Both the position numbers and the translations under genes were made by a program. A DNA stretch of 64,000 nt, taken from NCBI GenBank assembly GCA_963741955.1, contig CAVUKB010000005.1, forward strand, positions 1,402,179 to 1,466,178. Reading direction: 5' to 3'. The notes below the pieces were generated by a model. The model saw only the letters and a program-made list of their open reading frames with translations, was not told the origin of the DNA and ran no database searches. Source of the DNA: an uncultured Acidobacteriota bacterium (GTDB taxonomy: Bacteria > Acidobacteriota > Thermoanaerobaculia > Gp7-AA8). Position 1 is the first letter of the stretch. Every line of letters starts with the position of its first letter. This document shows positions 57,604-64,000 of the stretch, piece by piece.

Positions 57604-59313
57604 ATGCCCGAACTTCACGTCAAGAGCGGCCTTTCCACCGGGAAGAAGATTCCTCTCGCGCAGGCGATCGTCCTCGGTCGTGGGACCATGGCCGACATCT
57701 CGCTCGACGATCCCGGAATCTCCCGTCGTCACGCCAGCATCGCGCCCACTCCCGAAGGATGGGTGCTCACCGATCTTCGAAGCGCGAACGGTACTCTGCT
57801 GAACGGCAAAGCCGTCCACGACGGTGTCCTCCTCCAGGATGGTGACGTCTTCTCTCTCGCCTCCACTCAGGTGCTTTTCGCCGACCCGCAGAAGAAACAG
57901 CTGGCGGTCCATTTCAGCGAAGGCGAGCAGGCCGCCGTGGTCCAGTCCGTCTCCGCGGGAGGCGCCGCGGAGATGCTCTTCTCGGCCAAAGACGCGTCGG
58001 AAGCCTCCCTGAAGGCGATGTCCCAGCGGCTGCAGGTGATCTACGACGTCGGCTCCGCGCTGGGGCAGATGCTGCGGGAGGAAGCGCTATTCGACATGAT
58101 CCTGGAGAAGCTCCTCTCGGTCTTTCCGCAGGTCGAGCGCGGATTCATCCTCCTGCTCGACGAATCGGACGAACAGCTCCTTCCGAAAGCGGCGAGGACG
58201 AGAGAAGGTGATCGTCCCGAGATCGCCGTCAGCCGCACCCTGGTCTGGGACGTGATCGACAACAAACGCGGAATTCTCAGCGTCGACGCGATGAGCGACG
58301 AGCGCTTCGCCGGTTCCGAGACGGTGCACAAGCTCGAGATCCGATCCGTCCTCTGCGCGCCGATCATGGCCAACGAGAAAGTCCTCGGCGTGATCCACCT
58401 CGATGGATCGAATCCGCGCAAGCCGTTCGCGAAAGACGACATGGCTCTGCTGGTCGGCATCGCCGGCCAGGCGGGACTCGCGATTGCGAACGCCCGCTTC
58501 CACAGCCAGCTGGTCAGCCAGGAACTGATGCAGCAGGATCTCGCTCTGGCCCGGAAGATCCAGGCCCGCTTTCTCCCCACCGACCCTCCGCAGATGCCGG
58601 GATGGGAGTTCTGGGACGAATACGAAGCGGCACTCGAAGTCGGAGGCGACTACTACGACTTCGTCGATCTCCCCGACGGCCGCATGGCCGTCGCCGTCGG
58701 CGACGTTTCCGGGAAGGGAGTCTCCGGCGCGCTCTACATGGCCAAGCTCTCCAGCGACGTCCGCTACATGGCTGCGAGCCACACCGAGCCGTCGGAGATC
58801 ATCCGGAAGGTCAACGCGAACATCGCCCGCGACATCGAAGAAGGGATGTTCGTCACGCTCCTCTTCCTCGTGCTCGATCCACGAACCGGCGATCTGGAGG
58901 TCGTCAACGCCGGGCACGGCGCGCCCCTCCTCCGCAGCGCGAAAGGCGAGCTCTCCACGCTCGAGGTTCCCCGGAACATGCCGCTCGGCGTGATGGAAGA
59001 GACCAGGTTCGACAATGCGAAGTTCCGCCTGAATGGCGGCGACGTCGTGATCGCCTACACCGATGGGGTGACCGAGGCGATGAACGAGAAGAAGGAAGAA
59101 TTCGGGATGGATCGGTTCTACCAGGTCATCATCAGCGCGCCCGGCTCGCCCGGAGCGGTCGGCGAGGCGGTGCTCACCGCAGTGCGCAATTTCGCAGGAG
59201 ACGCGCCGCAGAGCGACGATCTGACCATGATCGCGTTCGGACCGCTGCAGGACGGCGAAAGTGTTCCGCTCGATCGCCGCCGTACGGCGCACGACGCTCC
59301 CTCTGCAATGTGA
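57604..59313 (+). CDS. FHA-GAF-PP2C (SpoIIE/RsbU-type) phosphatase
   Basis: FHA GR..SRRH..S.NGT; GAF IRSVLCAPI..LGVI; PP2C VGGDYYD, GDVSGKG, YTDGVTEA, DDLT. Confidence 0.92.
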   Translation: MPELHVKSGLSTGKKIPLAQAIVLGRGTMADISLDDPGISRRHASIAPTPEGWVLTDLRSANGTLLNGKAVHDGVLLQDGDVFSLASTQVLFADPQKKQLAVHFSEGEQAAVVQSVSAGGAAEMLFSAKDASEASLKAMSQRLQVIYDVGSALGQMLREEALFDMILEKLLSVFPQVERGFILLLDESDEQLLPKAARTREGDRPEIAVSRTLVWDVIDNKRGILSVDAMSDERFAGSETVHKLEIRSVLCAPIMANEKVLGVIHLDGSNPRKPFAKDDMALLVGIAGQAGLAIANARFHSQLVSQELMQQDLALARKIQARFLPTDPPQMPGWEFWDEYEAALEVGGDYYDFVDLPDGRMAVAVGDVSGKGVSGALYMAKLSSDVRYMAASHTEPSEIIRKVNANIARDIEEGMFVTLLFLVLDPRTGDLEVVNAGHGAPLLRSAKGELSTLEVPRNMPLGVMEETRFDNAKFRLNGGDVVIAYTDGVTEAMNEKKEEFGMDRFYQVIISAPGSPGAVGEAVLTAVRNFAGDAPQSDDLTMIAFGPLQDGESVPLDRRRTAHDAPSAM

Positions 59314-59482
59314 AACGAATGGGCTCGATCCGACAATCAGAAATGGTGAAACTGACTCAAAGTTCAATTGAATTGTTCCGGTCGTTCCGATAACCTCGAC
59401 CGGAAAGAACAGCTGTCCGTCCGTCTCATGATTGAACCCCGGATTTCCGGGACGCAGCTCCCTCGACAGGAAGGGTACGAAC

Positions 59483-60223
59483 ATGGTGCAGGCCATTTCT
59501 CGCGACACCAAGAGTTCTTCCGAGAGCGCCTCGCCGAAAGCGGCGAGCTATTTCGTTCAGTTCAATCCCGGTGACTTCGTCTTCAAGAGCGGGGACACCG
59601 GAGAAGAAATGTTCATCATCGAGGAAGGTCAGGTGGAGATCGTGGCAGGAACGACGGTCGTCACCACTCTCGAGCGGGGCGATTTCTTCGGCGAGATGGC
59701 CATTCTCGAAGACATGCCGAGAAGCTCGTCCGCGCGTGCGAAGGCGGCCTGCAAGCTTCTCCGGATCGACCGGAATCTCTTCGACCAGATGATCCGCCAG
59801 AATCCGGAGATCGCCATCCGGATGCTTCGCAGTCTCTCCCACCGGCTCCGTCAGGCCTCTGCCAGCGCGCCGGTCGCGCACGCTGCCGCGCCGCAGGGAC
59901 CGGCTCCCGGAAGGATCGTCACCGACGCGGGTGCCAGCTTCGACCTCTCGTCCACCGAGGCGACGACGGTGGGCCGTTTCGATCCGTCGACCGGCATCCG
60001 GCCGGTGATCGACCTCGGCGAGGCCGACACCGATCGGAGCATCAGCCGCCGCCATGCGAAGATCACCCGAAGCGACGGGAAGTTCCTGATCGTGGAAGAA
60101 GTCGGCACCAGCAACGGCACGTTCGTCAATGGCACCCGTCTCCAGCCGGGCGTTCCCGTCGAGATCCACAACGGAGACGAAGTCACGTTCGGCCGGCTGA
60201 AGACGAAATTCCAGCTCGCATAA
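59483..60223 (+). CDS. Cyclic-nucleotide-binding domain plus FHA domain protein
   Basis: MFIIEEG.V, FFGEMAILEDMPRSSSARA (phosphate-binding cassette); FHA VGR..SISRRHA..TSNGTFVNG. Confidence 0.9.
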   Translation: MVQAISRDTKSSSESASPKAASYFVQFNPGDFVFKSGDTGEEMFIIEEGQVEIVAGTTVVTTLERGDFFGEMAILEDMPRSSSARAKAACKLLRIDRNLFDQMIRQNPEIAIRMLRSLSHRLRQASASAPVAHAAAPQGPAPGRIVTDAGASFDLSSTEATTVGRFDPSTGIRPVIDLGEADTDRSISRRHAKITRSDGKFLIVEEVGTSNGTFVNGTRLQPGVPVEIHNGDEVTFGRLKTKFQLA

Positions 60224-60234
60224 CCGGGGAGCCC

Positions 60235-60924
60235 ATGCAGATCCAAGAGAACAGACAGGGTGAAGTGGTCATCCTGGGGCCGGTCGGACATCTCGACACG
60301 CGCACCCAGCACGAATTCGAAGAGAAGGTCCTCACCTACGTGAATGGAGGCGACAAATTCTTCGTCGTCGACATGGCCGGCATCGATTACATCGCCAGCG
60401 CCGGATTGCGGGTCCTCCTGATGCTGGCGAAGAAGCTGACCGGGAGTGAAGGACAGCTCGTCCTCTGCGCGATGAACGATCACGTGAAGCAGGTGTTCGA
60501 CATCGCGGGATTCACCGGAGTCTTCAGGATCGTACCGACGCTCCCGGACGCATTGCAGGGCTTCACCATCGTCGACACCAACGTGGAAAAAGTCGCCCGG
60601 CTCGCCTCGCGTCTGATGGACGTCACCAAGGATGGAGCCGCGGTCGAGCCGGCGAGTGCGGACGACGCGGCATTCCTCGCCTCGAGGGCGGCCGATCTGC
60701 TCGGCGTGAGCGCCGCGAGAATCGAAGAGGTGAAGACGGTTCTGCCGGCCCCCGCCGTCGTCATTCCGCCCGCGCCGAGCGCGCCGGCGGTGCCGCTCAC
60801 CACCACGGCAGGGGGAGTCCAGCGCCCCGTCTCGACCATGCCGGGAACGACGCCGGTCCCTTCGAGCGAAGGCGGATTCCGCGGCATCTGGCAGAAGGTC
60901 CTCGCCCTCTTCGGCCGGGCGTGA
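60235..60924 (+). CDS. STAS anti-anti-sigma factor with ~115-aa C-terminal extension
   Basis: GHLD, VVDMAGIDYIASAGLRVL (phospho-Ser site), VFDIAGF; then a helical segment, a Pro/Ala linker and an amphipathic tail. Confidence 0.9.
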   Translation: MQIQENRQGEVVILGPVGHLDTRTQHEFEEKVLTYVNGGDKFFVVDMAGIDYIASAGLRVLLMLAKKLTGSEGQLVLCAMNDHVKQVFDIAGFTGVFRIVPTLPDALQGFTIVDTNVEKVARLASRLMDVTKDGAAVEPASADDAAFLASRAADLLGVSAARIEEVKTVLPAPAVVIPPAPSAPAVPLTTTAGGVQRPVSTMPGTTPVPSSEGGFRGIWQKVLALFGRA

Positions 60925-61594
60925 GCCGCGGCGGAGCCGCCTCCCCTCGAATCCCCCAAGCGGTGACGGTCACCGCAACGGTACAGTGCCCGATCGTTCG
61001 CAGACCTACAACCCCGAAGACGGGCGGCTGGACGAAACGCGGCACGACCGGGCGATTCATCGAGTCGCAAGAGCGACGATAAAGGACGGGGGATGCTCCC
61101 GGGTGCTGCAAGGTCCGCGTGCCGCGGCTCAGGTAATCGGCCAGCGGAATGCACATCGCGATGAACAGAACGAGGAAGACAGCACAACCAAGCAGCACGG
61201 ACATGGACGTCCGACCCGCGAGCACACCACCTTAGCGCAGGCGTACGGCCCCCCACCCGCCAGCACAGAATCCTCCCACTGCCGAACGCGCCTATTCCGC
61301 GCCGCAGGCGGCAAACAAGAGGTCCGGGCGGGATCGCGACCGATCCGATGAATGTCCCGGTCCCTGCCGAGAATCACGCGAGAATGCGGGACTTGCCATC
61401 GTGTACCTCGTCGCGTTGAACCCCGGTTCACGCGAATACGAGCACGACGATCCCGTTCGCAGCGAGCGCCCGGATCAACGACCACGTGTGAATTGTCGAC
61501 GAAGATGCAGGACTAACACTCACTCACCGCGAAGTAGCAAGAGTTGACACCTCAGGTGAAGGTGTTCCGCGGGGAGAGAGGGCCCCGGTAACCG

Positions 61595-62595
61595 TTGCCG
61601 GCTGATGATTCCTCCGCCCCGCGATTGGATGACCAGTACACGTGGTGCGGAACGGGAAGTGGAATCCGGATCTACATCGTAGATACCGGAGTCCTCACGC
61701 ATCAGGCCGAATTCAGCGGCCGATACGACGACCCTGCCGCTGCCGCGCTCGCCGCCTACCTCGCAGGCAAGAACCTCGGATTGGGCGACCAGTGCTGGGA
61801 AATCGGACACTTCGATGCCGCCGCGGCACACGGGACGGCGATCGCCTCGATCGCCGCTGGTGATCATTTCGGAGTGGCGAAGGGAGCCACCATTGTCGAC
61901 GCTCGCGCCGAGAACTGTCTGGGTGCCTTTAATGACAGCAACACTACGGCGCGTATGACCGCGGTCCTCGATTGGATCGCTCGCCTGGACGGCAATCGTG
62001 TGCCTGGCCACTCAGTCGTGAACATTAGCTCAGCGACACCCTATGTGTATGGAAATCCAGATCAGACGGCTCTCGCACAGGAAATCAGCTCTGTGGTGAA
62101 CGTGTACAACATACCAGTGGTAGTGGCCGCTGGCAACTTCGCCGACAACACCTATTGGTACAGCCCGATTAATGCCGCGGGCGTGATAGGCGTCGGAGGT
62201 TTGCATCAGGATACGGACACGCGCTGGTGTGTTACCAACAATGGAATGCGTACACTCAACGATGGGAGACGATCGGATCTAACTACGGTCCGAACGTGGT
62301 AGTGTACGCACCTGCGCAATACGTTGAGGCCGCATCGACTGACGTGCAGTGGTCTCGGTACCGAAGCGAGTTGCCGCTTTGCGACAGCTACGCGGATACG
62401 TGCACGAGCGGCACCTCGTTTGCGGCCCCTCACGTTACGGGAATCATCGCACGCTATCTGGAGCGCCATCCCGGAGCGACCAGGAATCAATTGATCACGA
62501 TGTTGCAGACAATGAATGCAACCTACAGTGGTGCGACGGTCACGGAACCCGGCGGTGTGACTGAGCCTGTGGCCGTATTCAATGAGTGTCCGTGA
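61595..62595 (+). pseudogene. Subtilisin-like S8 protease, N-terminally truncated and frameshifted at ~62227-62232
   Basis: Frame 1 has IYIVDTG (Asp), HGTAIAS (His) and VAAGN. Frame 2 has SNYG..V.VYAP and SGTSFAAPHVTG (Ser). No signal peptide or propeptide found. Confidence 0.75.
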
Positions 62596-62603
62596 GGTCA
62601 CAA

Positions 62604-63437
62604 ATGAAGGTAATCGTCCATCTATTCATCCTCGCCCTCTCAGCGGCAAGCGCCCTGGCGCAGTACGACGCACCGCATCGCGTACTGGTTCCGGTCTTCA
62701 TCGACCGATACCTTGAAGGTGGATACGGATCGAAATGGGTGACTGACTTGACCGGGTACAATGCGGGGGACATGCCCGCGTATGTGGGAGGGCCTGGTTG
62801 CGTATTGCCGGAGGGATGCGGTGAGCAGCGACCGCCGCATGCTGCGTTCTTCCTACAATCACTCGGTACGGGAACCGACTCGAATGCCGGAATGTTCCTT
62901 TACGTCTACGACGACTCGAAGGTGACATTCTCTCTGCGGATCCAGGACCTCTCGCGCCAAGCGCTGACCTGGGGCACAGCCCTGCCGGTCGTACGCTACC
63001 CTCAGTCCTCGACGGGAGAAATCAACCTGCTCGATCTTCCGATCGACGAACGATTCAGGGTGGCCATCAGGGTCTACGACATGGACTATTCCACGGGACA
63101 GAGGGTCCGGCTCAGAATCTTCGACGAGGGTTCGCAGTTCTTCGAAGGCTCGACCGTTCCGTTGGTCGACACCGAGTTCACGCTCCCACCTGGTCCTGCA
63201 GACGAGAAGTTGGTGCCCATTCATCCGAGCGCGTCGTTCATCGCAGACATAAGGACGGCGTTCCCCGTACTCCAGAGTCTTCAGCCGATCGAAACTCCGT
63301 TGGGGACCCACCTGCCCCGGGTACGGGTCCAGCTGGATCCCATCGACGGAGGTTTTCACTACTGGGCATTTGCGAGTGTGACGAACAATGAAGCGCAGCA
63401 CGTCACGGTGATCACGCCCGGAATCGTCCCGCCGTGA
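62604..63437 (+). CDS. Secreted hypothetical beta-rich protein
   Basis: GAGG RBS; signal peptide MKVIVHLFILALSAASALAQ; G.YGS.W.T, RIQDLSR...WGT.LPVVR, WAFASVTNN..Q.VT motifs. Confidence 0.75.
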   Translation: MKVIVHLFILALSAASALAQYDAPHRVLVPVFIDRYLEGGYGSKWVTDLTGYNAGDMPAYVGGPGCVLPEGCGEQRPPHAAFFLQSLGTGTDSNAGMFLYVYDDSKVTFSLRIQDLSRQALTWGTALPVVRYPQSSTGEINLLDLPIDERFRVAIRVYDMDYSTGQRVRLRIFDEGSQFFEGSTVPLVDTEFTLPPGPADEKLVPIHPSASFIADIRTAFPVLQSLQPIETPLGTHLPRVRVQLDPIDGGFHYWAFASVTNNEAQHVTVITPGIVPP

Positions 63438-63605
63438 GAATTGCCGGAGTCCGAGTCTCCTTTCCTTCGCGGAAAGGAGACTCGCCCCTGTCGAGAATGA
63501 ATCGGACTCGACGTCACGGGATAACTCTCCGGAGTTTGCACCACCCGCATGTCCGCGCCGATCGGCGTAGAACCGGCCCTCCTTCGGTCCGTGTCGTGCG
63601 GGGGC

Positions 63606-63790
63606 CCGGACGTACGAGGTGTTCCCGAGGTTCTTTCGCACGGTCGGCATCCACCATTGGCCACCGTGTGCCGCGGGAATCGCGTCGGCGTTGAGCGCAA
63701 CCGCGACATCCTCGATCGTTTTTCCGGCGGCGTACCTCTCGAAGCTCCGTCGCACGACCGCGGCCTCGGCCGGACCAGCAGGCACGAGGG
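63606..63790 (-). pseudogene. Remnant of the recombinase domain of a large serine recombinase
   Basis: EAAVVRRSFERYAAGKTIEDVAVALNADAIPAAHGGQWWMPTVRKNLGNTSY matches the recombinase-domain pattern; no catalytic N-terminal domain. Confidence 0.65.
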
Positions 63791-63858
63791 TCGTTCGCAG
63801 ATTCCGAAGCACCTCTCGCAACCGGGGAATCTCCCCGCGCCTCCTCCCGTTGAGAGCC

Positions 63859-63888
63859 TTGACACTGCGGAGCCCGAGCAGTTAAGCT
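63859..63888 (+). promoter_or_regulatory. Putative sigma70 promoter of tRNA-Glu
   Basis: TTGACA-18 nt-TAAGCT followed by a GC-rich discriminator-like stretch. Confidence 0.55.
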
Positions 63889-63926
63889 CCGCTTCCCTCG
63901 CGCGGGCTCTCCGCGCAGCCCTTTCC

Positions 63927-64000
63927 GGCGCATTCGTCTAGGGGTCCAGGACGCCGCCCTCTCACGGCGGTAACACGGGTTCGAATCCCGTATGCGCTAC
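63927..64000 (+). tRNA. tRNA-Glu (anticodon CTC); 3' CCA cut by the window edge
   Basis: Acceptor GGCGCAT/ATGCGCT, anticodon arm CCGCC-CTCTCAC-GGCGG, T arm ACGGG-TTCGAAT-CCCGT. Confidence 0.95.

Noticed and set aside
60797-61225. Intact small membrane-protein CDS
   Set aside because: It overlaps the STAS 3' end, only a short hydrophobic segment looks protein-like, and upstream frames are broken. It is treated as a possible remnant only.

Overview
High-GC bacterial chromosome segment. The gene content (Oar-type TonB receptor, GWxTD/VWA protein, DUF4388, heptamer intergenic repeats) suggests Acidobacteriota, possibly Thermoanaerobaculia; this is inference. About 1-30.9 kb is mostly housekeeping: alkaline phosphatase, rimO, dusB, degP/htrA, ribD-ribE, rmuC, aroC, lgt, cysteine desulfurase, sdaAA/AB, fba, cysS, ruvA. 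It also holds two back-to-back MITE-like hairpin elements and short-repeat tracts. After a 1.25-kb REP/BIME-like array (30.9-32.2 kb) the window becomes accessory. Its main feature is a ~21-kb co-directional RiPP locus (39.6-60.9 kb). A sigma54-type promoter precedes three NHLP-leader precursors whose 37-aa cores start with Lys and contain one Cys. These are followed by a CCG-type LanM, a translationally coupled GNAT acyltransferase (a selidamide-like lipo-lanthipeptide layout), two TolC paralogs with large helical insertions and the three NHLP export genes. The locus ends with a sigma-less partner-switch module: an HExxH domain fused to an RsbW-like kinase, FHA-GAF-PP2C, cNMP-FHA and an extended STAS. 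Just upstream lie a sigma54 activator lacking a sensor domain, a HAD phosphatase fused to a HipA-like kinase and a 2OG-Fe(II)-like oxygenase. The window ends with a decayed, lower-GC patch (frameshifted subtilase, serine-recombinase remnant) and tRNA-Glu(CTC). All calls are from motif recognition by eye; no database searches were run.
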